Shown: positions 43,212 through 57,879 of the stretch, in pieces
Numbering within the stretch: the stretch's first letter is position 1
Layout of the letters: every line of letters begins with the position of its first letter
Origin: Eledone cirrhosa
Taxonomy: Eukaryota
NCBI GenBank assembly: GCA_964016885.1
Contig: OZ024753.1
Span: 27,776,001-27,840,000, forward strand
Direction of reading: 5' to 3'
DNA: 64,000 bases
Translations under genes and position numbers: made by a program
Notes under the pieces: model-generated
Database searches by the model: none
Seen by the model: the letters and a program-made list of their open reading frames with translations, nothing else
Told to the model about the DNA's origin: nothing

Positions 43212-43420
43212 CCGACCTGTCAACTCTCCTGATCCAGACCTGTCAACTCTCCTGATCCGACGGGGAGATCTCCCGTCCACTTTAGGGTGGATGAGAGATG
43301 TCTTCTCTTGTGAAAATGGGTATAGCTTTCATTATGTAAAATCTCCCCATTTTGCCTCATTTTAAAGCACTTTTTTTTCATGGTACTCCGGATTTGGATT
43401 TTTAGAGGTTGGCAGGTCTG
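43212..43420. mobile_element. TIR element (hAT-like MITE) with duplicated left end
   Basis: cagacctgtcaactct / agaggttggcaggtctg; 23-bp left-end duplication; inverse relatives at 55940-56076 and 56122-56185; no clear TSD. Confidence 0.65.
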
Positions 43421-44597
43421 CTAATCCATCAGAGTAAAACGCTAGTCTATCGCAGACAAACTTCTCTAAGGATCAAACTGAATACCAATGCAATTTAATA
43501 CTGGTTATTTACAACAGTCGGTGTTTTAAAATTGCGAACTATACCGCTATTTGGCCATCCACGCAGTATGTAAGCTAAAGTAGACTGAATTAAACGTCTT
43601 GTAAAGGCACAATACAAAATATTTCTTAAATTATAAAACAAAACAGCGTAAGATGAACCCACAATCATTGAATTATTACCCCAATACATCATTCTCTCAA
43701 TTATTTCACCTGGCTGAAAGCTATTTCGAAAAGTTAATTTGAGTAACTAATTAATAACTTATGAGATGGAAATGAAACCTTTTTCTTTTGTTTTCGTATT
43801 CATCAATAATTGTGAAGTTAATGACTTAGTTTAAGTCTCTGCCGAAGACTTGTTATATAAGCTATCTTTGAAAATCAATACAGGCTCTGTTGTTGGGGTG
43901 TCCATAGGTTAGAGTAGCTCCGTACAAGATGTTTAAAATAGGTGAATACAAAGTAGGTGCAGTTAAAGTTGAAGCACACAGAAAAGGGAAAGAGGGTGGT
44001 AACTAACTAAAGCCTTGTTTCAAGAGAATTAGTATAAAAAGGCGTATCTTTAATATTGATTTCATACGTTCATTATTGATTTCTCATGTATTAATATATA
44101 TATTTTATATTATAAAGTCTGTAGGGTCGGGAGAATGGCAGGATCATTAGAGCTGTCGGACAAAATGCCTTGTGGCATTTATTTAGCAACGTGTGTGTAT
44201 ATATAAATATATATTTTCCCATTCCCACCCCGTTTTCTTTCTTTTCTTATCTTCACCTATATTTCTGTTTCCTCTCTCTCGTTCTATCTGCCGATGAAAG
44301 AAAGACGTTCAAAACGTTAAGACTCTTTTCCTTTTACACCAAGCATTAAACTAATACAATCACTATTGTACTATGTTGTTCCTCGTGTTGTTTTTCCTTG
44401 CTGACTTTTCTCATGTGCATATATATATATATGTATGTGTGTGTGTATGTATGTATATATATGTATGCATATATATATATATATATGTATGTGTATGTAC
44501 GTATACATATGTATATATATATACATGTATATATATATATGTGTGTGTATATATATGTATGCATATATATGTATATATATATATATATGTATGCATA

Positions 44598-44691
<94 letters not shown>

Positions 44692-44827
44692 AGTTTGTGT
44701 GTTGGATTTATAGGTATAAAAATAACATGGATGAACTAGCAGCTGACTCCGTGGAACTTGGGTACTAATCAAACATGATAAACATAACATATATGTATAT
44801 ATATATGTGTGTGTATGTATGTATGTA

Positions 44828-44916
<89 letters not shown>

Positions 44917-45001
44917 AGAGAGAGAGGGGGTAGAAATGATATATTCAGTGAACTTGACCGTTGCAGAAGGTGAGCAACAGATCAGAGCTGATGGAACTTT
45001 A

Positions 45002-45088
<87 letters not shown>

Positions 45089-46722
45089 CGCTTACTCTCT
45101 CTCACTCCCTACCTCCCCCTCTCTCTCTCTATATATATATAGGGTTACCGCGAAAGATCGTCAGACATTGTGGATTAAGGGCTGACATTTATAACGACCT
45201 TGAGGGATTTGATTGTAAATAAATGAATAAATAAAAATAGAGATGCGTTATCGGGCATAATGTAATATATAACATGATATATCATATAACATACCTCTAT
45301 ATTTATTATTTTATTTTGTATAAATACATTAAATATTCTATAAAATATATATTATGTTATTTATAATATGAATAAATAGCAGTGAAAGTAATCAATGGAC
45401 GGTCTTTGAAATGTTGGCACTGTTATAACCTCGATATTAAACAATAATAATGATGATAATAATAATAATGATAATAATAATAATAATAAATTTTTAAAAT
45501 AAAATATAAAAAGTAAAAAGATGCGCCGTCTCTTCCCAAATATTGAAGACAGAAACAAAAACAAATAGTGATATTAATTAAACTTATGGATAAATCGAAT
45601 ATTGAATTGATCAGCTATACAAATAATAACGAAGTGGAGCATGATGATGATGATGGATGATGATGATAAAGAGGGGGGGGGGGATGAGAAGGAGAGCATG
45701 GAAAACGATAATTAGAATGAGATAGAGATGGTAAACGATGATGATGATGACGGTCTTGGCGATAAATGTGAAAAGAAAGAGACAAAGTTAAAGATTGTGA
45801 TGATAATGGTGATGGGGTCGAGAAGGAGGAAGAAACAGAGGATGGTGATGATGATGATGAAGAGGAGGTGGTGGCGGTTGCTCATGATGAGTAGCTGGAA
45901 CAGATATTCCGCATCACCAAACTACTCTGTCAGCTAACGAAAGCATGCAGTGCTTCAAGATATCTTGCTTGAGCGCCAAGTTGATTTTGATCCTAGGAAA
46001 ACATAAGTGATTTGATCTGAGATTATGTGTTGAAACTAAAGCAATTACATTGTGAAAGTCATTTTAGCCACTCAAAATTGCACATAAACTGTTAAATTCA
46101 CTTTACATTCATCATTTTATTTTCCTGTTAAATTATCGTCACTGACATAACTTCATTGTATCTCCATGACAGTGACCAGGATGCAAAGAGTGCGATGAAA
46201 ATTTTTACATGAAGAAAAATTTGATTAATGTAAATTGAAATTTCGTGTGTTCTTTAAATAGACAAAATAGCTCTTCACTTAATCATTTACCAGACAAATA
46301 AAACTCCAAGCCTCGACAAATATAAATATCATACTTAAATATTAAGGTAAATAAACCACAAATACATCGTTACAACGTTCGTATCCTTCTGTCACGAAAG
46401 AAATTTTGTTTATTACTGATAATCAATCCCAGAAGGATGAAAGGCAAAGTTGATCTCGACAGGATTTGAACTCGGAATGTAAAGAGCCAGTACAAATACT
46501 GCAATGGCATTTTAGCCAACGCTCAACCAATTTCGTTGGATTAAAGGACTGGCTCAAGTTATGTCGCTTTATGTTCTATGTTTAAACTCCATTGGTGTCG
46601 TTGTTGTCCTTAATCTCTCCGAGATCGATAAAATAAGAACCAATCAGATATTATTCATTCCTACTCCATTGGAAAGGCATCGAATTAAAGTGCCGAATTA
46701 GATGCTTTGCAATATTTGTACC

Positions 46723-47010
46723 GAGGCGGCGAATTGGCAGAGTAGTTAGAACGTCGAATAGAATGCTTTATGGTATTCGTTCCGGCTCTCTGCTCTTTGA
46801 GTTCAAATCCCACCAAGGTCAACTTTGCCTTTCATCCTTTCGAGGTCGATAAAAAAAAGTACCAGTCTGGGGTCGATTCTTCCTCTATATATCTTTCTCA
46901 TTCACTTTCTATCTTTCTCTGGAAGAAACCTGTTGTACTCAGGCCTGGAGAAGGATGGGCTCCGCCAGGCTTTAAATGCCCAAGAAACTCCCCCAGGAGT
47001 TACAGACCAT
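46723..47010 (+). mobile_element. SINE family B, well preserved
   Basis: ggcggcgaattggcagagtagttagaacgtcg head, gagttcaaatcc B box, core and family B tail. Confidence 0.8.
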
Positions 47011-48252
47011 ACCATACTAATATTTGTACCGGTTCTCTGCGCTCTAAATAGAATGTTGTTGTTATTGCTGTTGTAGACATTTTGTTCTATTCTCTAAAAA
47101 TTCTGTCATTTCGCCGCTTATATTGCTTCTAAGATACACCTCTAATTTTGTAGTCCCTTATTAGATCGATCACCTGCCAGTAACCCGAATCATAACTTTA
47201 TGTTTACAGAATGCAAGCCTTTTACGGCATCACACATGATATTTGATGAGCTGGCCATTCTGACATTGTGTAAACGGCTACTTAAGTACATGAGCAATGA
47301 CAGCATGCTGATTTCGTGAGTTCAATTCCTATTATGAGCGTCATTACTTTTCATTCTTCTGGATTTATCAAAATAAGTATCTGTCAATTACATGATCGAT
47401 TTCATCCTAACGCATCGCCTGCCATCTCCACAAAAACAATTGCAGCATTTGTATGTTTGCGTGTTCCTTGGTGAATTCGAAGAATCGTTAGAGCGTCGGA
47501 CAAAATTCTTTGCAGCGTTTAGTTACGGCTCTTTAAGTTATGAGTTCAAATCTTGTTGAGGTCAACTTTGCCTTTCATCCTTTCCGAGGTCGATAAAATA
47601 AAGTACCAGTCAAGTACTGGGGCCGGTATAATCAACTTACCCCTTCCACCCCAAACTGCTGGCCAATGGCAGAAAACCTTTTTCATTTTATTTTTATTTA
47701 TTTTTAATTTTTTTAACAATTTTGTTGGTTTTCATTGATATTTTCTAATCTCTCTTCATCTATTCATAGACGTTTTCAATTCATTTCGAAACAGAACCGC
47801 TCAATATATTGAATTCTTCCAACTTTCAGCGTGCACAGAGAGCAAGAGGGTGTGTAGGAATCGTATCATGTGTATGTAGGTATATGTATATGTATATATA
47901 TATATATAATTATATATATATATATATACATGTTTATATATATACATATACATACATTTTTTAGTATATATATGTATATATATACATACATACAAACACA
48001 GACACCTGTATGTGTTTCATTTACTTATCTGTTTTTATATATAATTATTTATGTTTTTCTCTCCTTCTCTCTCTCCTTCTCTCTCTCTCTTCCTCTTCTC
48101 TCTTTCCTCCATTGTTCTCTCTCCCTTTCTTTCGCTCTCCCTCTCTCTTTCCTCCATTGTTCTCTCTCCCTTTCTTTCGCTCTCCCTCTCTCTTTCCTCC
48201 ATTGTTCTCTCTCCCTTTCTTTCACCCCCCTCTATCTCTCTTCCCTCCATTG

Positions 48253-48347
<95 letters not shown>

Positions 48348-48432
48348 TGACAACTAAAGTCGATATTCTCTTACATCATTGGTTAATGTAGAATATTAAC
48401 TGGAGTAGGAGACGCGATGAGAGACGTACAAG

Positions 48433-50246
48433 CGTGGTGGTAGTGGTGGTGGTGGTGGTGGTGGTTATGGTGAAGGTGCTGGTAGTAGTGGTGGTGGTGG
48501 TGGTGGTGGTGAAGGTGCTGGTAGTAGTGGTGGTGGTGGTGGTGGTAGTGGTTATGGTGAAGGTGCTGGTAGTAGTGGTGGTGGTGGTGGTGGTGGTGAA
48601 GGTGCTGGTAGTAGTGGTGGTGGTGGTGGTAGTGGTTATGGGGAAGGTGCTGGTAGTAGTAGTGGTGGTGGTGGTGGTGGTGAAGGTGCTGGTAGTAGTG
48701 GTGGTGGTGGTGGTGGTAGTGGTTATGGTGAAGGTGCTGGTAGTAGTGGTGGTGGTGGTGGTGAAGGTGCTGGTAGTAGTGGTGGTGGTGGTGGTAGTGG
48801 TTATGGTGAAGGTGCTGGTAGTAGTGGTGGTGGTGGTAGTGGTTATGGTGAAGGTGCTGGTAGTAGTAGTGGTGGTGGTAGTGGTTATGGTGAAGGTGCT
48901 GGTAGTAGTAGTGGTGGTGGTAGTGGTTATGGTGAAGGTGCTGGTAGTAGTGGTGGTGGTGGTAGTGGTTATGGTGAAGGTGCTGGTGGTGGATATGTTA
49001 GTGGTGTTGGTTATGGTGAAGGTGCTGGTAGTAGTAGTAGTGGTGGTTATGGTGAAGGTGCTGGTAGTAGTAGTGGTGGTGGTGGTGGTTATGGTGAAGG
49101 TGTTGGTAGTAGTAGTGGTGGTGGTGTTGGTTATGGTGAAGGTGCTGGTGGTGGAGATGTTAGTGGTGTTGGTTATGGTGAAGGTGCTGGTAGTAGTAGT
49201 AGTGGTGGTTATGGTGAAGGTGCTGGTAGTAGTAGTGGTGGTGGTGGTGGTTATGGTGAAGGTGTTGGTAGTAGTGGTGGTGGTGGTGGTGGTGGTGTTG
49301 GTTATGGTGAAGGTGCTGGTAGTAGTAGTGGTGGTGGTGGTGGTTATGGTGAAGGTGCTGGTAGTAGTAGTAGTGGTGGTGGTGGTGGTGTTGGTTATGG
49401 TGAAGGTGCTGGTAGTAGTAGTGGTGGTGGTGGTGGTTATGGTGAAGGTGCTGGTAGTAGTAGTAGTGGTGGTGGTGTTGGTTATGGTGAAGGTGCTGGT
49501 AGTAGTAGTGGTGGTGGTGGTGGTTATGGTGAAGGTGCTGGTAGTAGTAATGGTGGTGGTGGTGGTGGTGTTGGTTATGGTGAAGGTGCTGGTAGTAGTA
49601 GTGGTGGTGGTGGTGGTTATGGTGAAGGTACTGGTAGTAGTAGTAGTAGTGGTGGTGGTGGTGGTGTTGGTTATGGTGAAGGTGCTGGTAGTAGTAGTGG
49701 TGGTGGTGGTGGTGGTGTTGGTTATGGTGAAGGTGCTGGTAGTAGTAGTGGTGGTGGTGGTGGTTATGGTGAAGGTACTGGTAGTAGTAGTAGTAGTGGT
49801 GGTGGTGGTGGTGTTGGTTATGGTGAAGGTGCTGGTAGTAGTAGTGGTGGTGGTGGTGGTTATGGTGAAGGTACTGGTAGTAGTAGTAGTAGTGGTGGTG
49901 GTGGTGGTAGTGGTTATGATGAAGGTACTGGTCGTAGTAGTAGTAGTGGTGGTAGTGGTAGTTGTTATGGTGAAGGTGCTGGTAGTAATAGTAGTGGTGG
50001 TGGTAGTGTTTATGGTGAAGGTGCTGGTGGTAGTAGTGGTGGTGGTAATGGTTATGGTGAAGGTGCTGGTAGTAGTAGTGGTGGTGGTGGTGGTAGTGGT
50101 TATGGTGAAGGTGCTGGTGGCAGTAGTGGTGGTGGTAGTGGTTATGGTGAAGGTGCTGGTGGTAGTAGTAGTAGTAGTAATGGTGCTGGTAGTAGTTGTA
50201 GTGGCAGTAGTAGTAGTGATGATGGCGGTGGAGGTGTTGGTGGTTA

Positions 50247-50281
<35 letters not shown>

Positions 50282-50282
50282 A
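48433..50282. repeat. (GGT/AGT)n-based minisatellite, anchor ggttatggtgaaggtgctggtagtagt
   Basis: Roughly 40 units whose lengths differ by whole triplets. Confidence 0.95.
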
Positions 50283-51420
50283 TGTTTCTTTTTCTTTGAG
50301 GGCGGAAATCTCGTATTCTGAAGCTAGGAAAAGCTCTCTAGATCTATTGATTTTTTTTCTTCATCAACCATGTTTTGTGAGTGTGTGTATGTAATGTGTG
50401 TAGTGTGTGTGTATGTGTGTGTATGTGTGTGTATGTGTGGTGTGTATGTCTTTTTATGTATGTGTGGTGAGTGTCTTTGTGAATGTGTGTGTATGTAGTG
50501 TATATGTATGTGTGTAGTAGTAGTAGTAGTAGTAGTGTGTGTGTGACAAGGAAGATTGTGTATTAAAAACTAGCACTGTCTTGCCTCTTGTTTGTTACCA
50601 GCACTAAAGCATGTATGTATGTATGTATGTGTGTGTATGTATGTATGTGTGTGTATGTATGTATGTTTGTATATGTATGTATATATGTATGTATGTGTCT
50701 ATGTGTGAGTGTATGTATATATATATGTATGTGTCTGTGTGTGTGTGTATGTATGTGTATGTATGTGTATGTATGTATGTTTGTATATGTATGTATATGT
50801 GTATGTATGTGTGTATGTATGTGTCTATGTGTGTGTGTATGTATGTATATAAATGTATGTATGTATGTGTCTATGTGTGTGTGTAAGTATATATATGTAT
50901 CTCTGCATGTATGTGTATGAATGTATGTTTGTATATGTATGTATATATGTATGTATATGTGTATGTATGTGTCTATGTGTGTGTATGTATGTATATATAT
51001 ATGTATGTATGTATGTATATATGTATCTCTGCATGTACGTGTATGTATGTGTATTCCCGATAGCACCACAACAAATGCCACCATAACCGCTATTACCTCA
51101 ATCCCCATTACATACAATTGTCTTGCCTCTTGCCTTGCCTAATGCAGTATTACTGAGGCACTATATACTATACATAATAAATATATATAACCTTATATAT
51201 TAGAGAATTGTGTGCTGCTGCACCCCCACCCCACCTATCTATTGCTTCCTACCTCTTTCCTCCTTTTTTGGTATAGTGCATGCATATACTATATATGTAT
51301 ATAATTTATATACACACACACTGTGTGTGTTGGTGTGCATAGCACATGGACAGAAACATATGACCTATTTATGGTTTATGTAAATATATATAACTATTTG
51401 TGTATGTTTATGTATATATG

Positions 51421-51488
<68 letters not shown>

Positions 51489-51520
51489 TACATATATATA
51501 TACAAATATATATACATATA

Positions 51521-54210
51521 TCATCATCATCATCATCACCGTTTTACGTCCGTTCTTCCACGCTAGCATGGGTTAGACGGGTTGTCCTGTTGTGGGCAGT
51601 GTCTGGTCGGCTGACCATGCCTTGCTCATACAGGAACTGATCTGGCTTGATTTCTACAGCTGGATGCCCTTCCTAACACCAACCTCATTTACAGTGAGTG
51701 CTGGGTGCTTTTTCGTGGCGCCTACACGTCCACTTTACAGTGTGGGCTGGGTGCTTTTTTGCCGTGGCACCTCCACGACCACCTTGCGGTGGGGGGGGGG
51801 GCATATTATTTATATGCTTCAGCATGTACCCATGGGAGGTCGGGTACCCTGTATTACTGCGTGACGCCAGAAGTCACGGTCGTGTGTCATTGACTTTGAG
51901 AGGTGTAGTTGGGTAAGGTCGGCTTTTATCACCTCATCCCAAGTCATCTTGGGTCTCCCCACTCCGCGGTTTCCATCAACTTCTAGTGCTCTGCACCTTT
52001 TTATGCAGCTGTCATCCTTCATACGCATCACATGTCCATACCAGCGTAACCGCCTCTCCTGCACGCAGCATTTGATTCCTCTTATGCTCAGTCTCTCTCT
52101 CAATTCCTTTATGCTTTGTCGTTCACGTATATTACTGTTACACATCCATCGGAGCATGCAGGCTTCGTTTCTCTCTAATCTACGTAAGTCTTCCACCTTC
52201 AGCGCCCAGGTCTCACTACCATGCAACATCGCTGTTCGGATACACGCATCATACAGTCTGCCTTTCATTCTGAGGGAGAAGCCTTTTGCAGCTAGCAGTG
52301 GTAGTAGTTCCCTAAACTTCTTCCATCCCGTTCTTACCCTAGTTATTGTACTTTCTGAGCACCCACCTCCGTTGCTAATTCGGTCACCTAGGTAGCAGAA
52401 GCTGTCTACTGTTTCTACAGGGCCCTCCCAGAGATTGGTGGTACTTGTTTCCTGTGGCTGTTTGCTTGCTGTTTCAGCACAGCTGCTGCATGTGAATCCT
52501 ACATTCTTAATTAAGCTTCCTGAGATCCCGCTACATCTCTTGTGTACCCATTGTTTGCATTTGGGGCAGAGAATGGAGTTCCTACCTACACCTTTCCTAC
52601 ATACTGAGCAAGGCCATTTCCCTGAGGGGATCTGGGTTCTGTTTTCTCGTCTACTTATAAGGACCTTAGTCTTTGTCATGTTGACTTTGAGGCCCTTTCT
52701 CTCTAGTCCCTGCTTCCAGGTTTGGAATTTATTCTCTAGTTCTACCATAGATTCAGCTATGAGTGTGAGGTCATCAGCATACAGGAGTTCCCATGGGCAT
52801 CCGGTCTTAAACTCCTCCGTTATTGCCTGCAGGACTATGATGAACAGGAGAGGGCTAAGAACAGAGCCCTGGTGGACCCCAACCTGTACGCTAAATTCCT
52901 CGCTATACTCATTGCCAATCCTAACTTTGCTGACTGCTCCCCTATACATGGCTTGTACCGCTTTCACAAGCCATTCATCTACTCCTAGTTTTCTAAGAGC
53001 CCACCAGATTACTGCACGTGGAACTCTGTCAAAGGCTTTCTCAAGGTCGACAAATGCCAAGTAGAGTGGCTTACTTTTAGCTAGGTACTTTTCCTGTAAT
53101 TGCCTCACAAGGAAGAGGGCATCAGTGGTGCCTTTCCCTGGTACAAACCCAAATTGCATCTCGTCTATATTCACCCGGTCCCTAATCAGCTGTGCTATAA
53201 CTCTTTCTGTTACTTTCATGACCTGGTCCATCAACTTTATACCTCTATAGTTTCCTCTATCTAGTGCATCGCCTTTACCTTTGTAGCAGTTGACAATGAT
53301 GCTACTGCACCAATCTTTTGGTATGGCCCCCTCTAGTATTACCTGGTTAACGATACGTGTGGTTATAGTGTGACCTACAGACCCAGATGCCTTCAGCATC
53401 TCGGCAGCTATACCCGATGGACCGGTTGCCTTCCCTATCTTCATATCTCTGATTGCCTTACTTACTACGCTGCCGCTGACTTGTACTGCTGGTCCCTCTA
53501 TAGGGTCTACGTGGGGTAGGGTCTCTTCTTCCCATGCATTCTCCTCATTTAGTAATCTATCATAATGACTCTTCCATGCATCTTTCTTCTCAGCACTTGT
53601 GAGGGCAAGCTCACCTTTATCATTCCGGATACACTTCTCTCCAATGACATCACAACTATCTCTGACACACTGCCTCGCAATCTTGAATACCTCCTGTTTC
53701 TGGTCCTCACGTTGTAAAACATGCTTGAATTTTCTATCCTCTGCTTCCCTCCTAGCTAAGTATACTTGTCGCCTAGCTTCCCTCTTGGTCTCTATGTAAT
53801 GTACCCTGCTCCCCCCGTTCTTCCATTCTTTCCATGCCTGTCTCTTGGCCTTGACTGCTTCATCTACCTTATTGTTCCACCACCAAGTCACTCTCCTCCT
53901 GCTTGAGGTCTTACTCCAGCCACAAACCTCATCCGTCGCCTCTAGTAAGTTATTTTTTAGGAACTCCCAGTTCTCTTCTACGTTAAATGTCTCTATCTGT
54001 TCTTCTTTACTGTCGTAGGCGTTGAGTAAAATATCTTTAAATCTGTTACTGGTTGAGGGGACTTTCAGCTTCCAGATCTTTCTTCTCCAGGTTGGCCTCT
54101 GTTTCAGGGCTCGTCTAGTTCTGACCGTGAGGTCGCTGACAACTAAGCTATGTTGGGATGTACATTCCTCACTAGGGAAGGCTTTTGTGTTTACGACCGT
54201 CCATCTGTCA
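51521..54210 (-). mobile_element. RTE-X clade LINE, 5'-truncated, with 3' UTR and (GAT)n tail
   Basis: Long ORF as below; 3' UTR 51818-51539; tail tcatcatc at 51521-51538; both ends lie in (TA)n. Confidence 0.93.
51819..54210 (-). CDS. RTE-X ORF: APE C-terminal end, reverse transcriptase and PHD-like Cys cluster (N-terminus missing)
   Basis: SQHSLVV (APE end), NYRGIKL, AFVDLEKAFDRV, VGVHQGSVLSPLLF, LLYADD, CSVC..CPKC..HKRC..CSSC, RLRWYGHVMRM; about 797 codons without a stop. The listed start codon lies in flanking microsatellite. Confidence 0.9.
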
Positions 54211-54258
54211 TATATTTGTATATATATATACAAATATATATATATATATATATATATA

Positions 54259-54440
54259 TCATCATTTCATTTCATCATTTCATTTTACGTCCGCTTTTTC
54301 CCTGCTTGCAAGGGTGGGACGGGAACTGATTCTGGCTTGATTTCTACAGCTGGATGCCCTTCCTAACACCAACCTCATTTACAGTGAGTTCTGGGTGCTT
54401 TTTTGCCGTGGCACCTCCACGACCACTTTGCAGTGGAATG
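54259..54440 (-). mobile_element. Isolated RTE-X 3' UTR fragment
   Basis: Matches 51521-51790 (gatttctacagctggatgcccttcctaacaccaacc). Confidence 0.85.
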
Positions 54441-54463
54441 ATATGGACCCCAGTCCCTATCAT

Positions 54464-54606
54464 CTCATTTCTACAGCTGAGTAAACTGGAGCAATGTGAA
54501 ATAAAGTGTCTTGCTCAAGGAAACAACACATCACCCGGTCTGAGAATTGAACTCACAACCTTTCGATTGCAAGGCCAATGCTCTAACCACTAAGCCATGT
54601 GCCTCC
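54464..54606 (-). mobile_element. SINE family C
   Basis: Inverse relative of 28416-28534. Confidence 0.85.
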
Positions 54607-54680
54607 ATATATATATATATACAAACATATATATATATATATATATATACAAACATATATATATACATATATATATATAT

Positions 54681-55010
54681 GGTGGCTGCCAACTCGTTTT
54701 CGAGTACGGCCACTACTTTATATCCATGTAGGAGAACCCCTACCGATGCGCTGAACGAGTGTGACTTTTTAGTCCAGCCAGCGACTTGAAAACGCTGGTA
54801 CAAACACTACACTTGTGACAACTATTGACACATAGTGATGGGCCCATGGTACCATGTGACGACAAGTGCAGAGAGATCTCCAGATATAAAGCAATGCCTG
54901 TGCCGTGAAGCTTTTATAGTGAGCAAAGGCACTGCACAAAGCCAGTCCCACTCTCTTAACCAAGATGATATTTACCAAAAAGAAGAACAAGTCAACATCA
55001 TTGGATACCA
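54681..55010 (-). mobile_element. 3' part of RTE-derived bipartite element
   Basis: Reverse complement of about 62115-62441, flanked by (TA)n on both sides. Confidence 0.9.
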
Positions 55011-55244
55011 TGTATATATACATGTATATATACATGTATATATATATATACATACACACACACAAACACATATACTATATAAATGACTCTGTAACCTGGG
55101 CAGATTCTTCTTCGAGGAAACCTTAAGTGGTGGTCACCTACTAGAAAAACTACTGGTCACACTGCCTAAATTCTCTGTAACCATCTTTCCAAGGACACAT
55201 TGAATTCTAACAATGTTACCAGCCCTACCACACCCAAGTGGAAT

Positions 55245-55318
<74 letters not shown>

Positions 55319-55749
55319 TATATAGTTTATTGGTGTCTTACTTTACATTACATTTGGTTCATCAATTTGAGCACTTATTACATAAGTGGGTCTGGTTTAC
55401 TATGTGGTTTTGCTCATTTGGCATTTCACTTTGGTTGGTATCTTTCATAAGCAAAGTATTAATAATAATAATAATTGTTTCTACTTTAGGCACAAGGCCA
55501 GCAATTACCCAGTGTATTACTGGTACTTTATTTTATCGACCCCGTAAGGATGAAAGGCAAAGTCAACCTCGGCGGGAAATAATAATGATTTCTATTATAG
55601 GCACAAGGCCAGCAATTTTAAGGGGAAGGGAAAGTCAATTAAATCGACGCCAGTGCATTACTGGCTGTAGACCTAACCTAGAATGTATAAGACCTAAACA
55701 CTGGAGCTGGATGTGATATCTCTATGTTTATATTGGTGTTGTATATACA

Positions 55750-55913
55750 CAGTGCCAGATTTATCATTGTGCTTAGGTGTTCTTAATTATAGGGCCCCAT
55801 TGGGTATGGGGCCCATCTTCCTGCCCATAAATGTTTTACGATGAATTTTTCAAATGTTTGGGGCCTCATAACTTAACTAGCACAGAGTCTCATTTGTCCT
55901 AAATCTGGCACTG
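55750..55913. mobile_element. hAT (Tip100-like) MITE, 164 bp
   Basis: Perfect 14-bp TIR cagtgccagattta / taaatctggcactg; flanks tatataca / tatatata (7/8 TSD). Confidence 0.8.
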
Positions 55914-57879
55914 TATATATATAAAAGCCCAAACGGGGATTACCATGAAATGAGGGAAAATAGGAAAGATTTTACATAATAAAAGTTATACCCATTTTCA
56001 CAAGAGAAGATATCTCTCACCCACCCCAAAGTGGGTGGGAGATCTTATTGTTGGACAGAGAGAGTTGACAGGTCTGCTGTAAGTTGATGGTTGCAGGAAG
56101 GGAATTCCAGGGTATTAATAATCTCCCACCCACTTTAGGGTGGAGGAGAGATCTCCCCGTCCTACAGGGAGAGTTGACAGGTCTGCATATGTTTTGTTAT
56201 TTAGGTAAGATATTTTATGATTAATCTTCTAGATTGTTTTTGTTTTATAAGTATTTTTAAATACACAAGCTGGTTGGTTGTTGTTCTGAACTAGTGTGTT
56301 GTACTTTACTTCTTAGTTGACTTTCCTCTTGATTGATATGATACTAAGTATGAGAGGAAAAGTACGAAACAAACTGCTAAAAACTAGAACAAAATAACAT
56401 AGTTGACTTTACAATAATATAATGCAACAAATACTAGTCTTCATATACTTGTGTTTATATATATACACACAAACACACACACACACATATATATACATGT
56501 ATATATAAATACATGTATATACATATATATAATTATATAACTGCAGTATCATTTCACTACTTTACATTCCTTTGCGCATACACATTTTTCATGCACACAC
56601 ACACACACACATACATATATAATAAAATGGCACAGTGAGGACATACACATACACATATACATATATATATACACACACAATAAACACATTTTCATACATA
56701 CAAATAGATGGATAAATATTTACATACACACATGATATTCGTGTTATACATTTTATTTCTTTATGACATTTGGAGTTGACTGAACAATATTTTCTATTGT
56801 ACAATTCTATGTGAAATAGACTGGCCATGTATAATACAGGGAAGTTTGGAGAACTCATTAAGGAAATTGTATTGAAAGGTATATGGTTAGAATGTCTCAG
56901 GAAAGAATCGCCGGACAGATTTTACAGGCAAACCCAACCCGCAGGAGACCCAGGGGTAGACCCCAAATAGGATGGTTGGATAACATCTATGGGCTTGGTT
57001 GGTCATGCTTGGGGATCCAACCAGATCAGTTGGAGTGTTTGAGGACTCTGTCCCAACAACCTTCTCAGGAATAAGTGGGTGAAGAAGAAGAAGAAGTATT
57101 GAAAGGTAGGGCTGTAGCTTCTACATGAGTACTCAACTTCCTAAAGAAAATAACTAAATATTTCTTTAACCATAGCGGTCTTTCTTAGAAACAAAGGAGA
57201 TAATATATAATGTATTCATAGATACATTACCTGAAAGATGATGAGATGGTCACAGTTCAAATACATTTAATCATAGATCTGCTCTATCATGACTGGCTTG
57301 GGGCTAAAAGTAACAATAACATAAATTTAGAACCCATTATCTCGGAAACTACTTAAGCTAGCAATTCCAAATTGTTTTTATCAATGATTAACTTGGAGGA
57401 GAAAAACAATTTAGTTTATTTTCAATTTCTTTTATTGAAAGAAATAAAATTTTATTCCCATTAAATTATATAATGTTTATGATTTGCAAACAAAATAATT
57501 CAATATAAAGAGTCAGAAAGAAAAGAAAAGAAAATGAGAGAAAACATGTCGTGCATAATTGCAGAGAATGTTAATGTTTCCTTCTAAATATTTCTAAGAC
57601 ATGTCAAGACACAGCATTACTGTGGGGGTATAGCAAAGCTAAGGAGTTGGAATAGCCAAATACTCTCATGAGTATAACCTGATATTACTGTAAGGTGAGT
57701 CACCAACAATAACAAAAACTTTGTTGACATTGTGATCGTAATTCCAACACCTTAGCCATCTAGCCATGGGGATAAATTGTAAATAGGCTTGCATACATAC
57801 GTTTAACTACACCTGGCGCTTCAGCCAGATACATCCCTCCTCTCTCTCTCAGTATATATATATACATACACACACACAT

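Noticed and set aside
47210-47290. EGF-like exon on the plus strand (ECKP...)
   Set aside because: Cysteine spacing is not retained without invoking several frameshifts.
48434-50299. 621-aa poly-Val ORF
   Set aside because: Off-frame reading of a (GGT)n minisatellite with implausible composition.
51949-53064. Plus-strand ORFs of 148 and 209 aa
   Set aside because: Antisense shadows of the RTE-X ORF.
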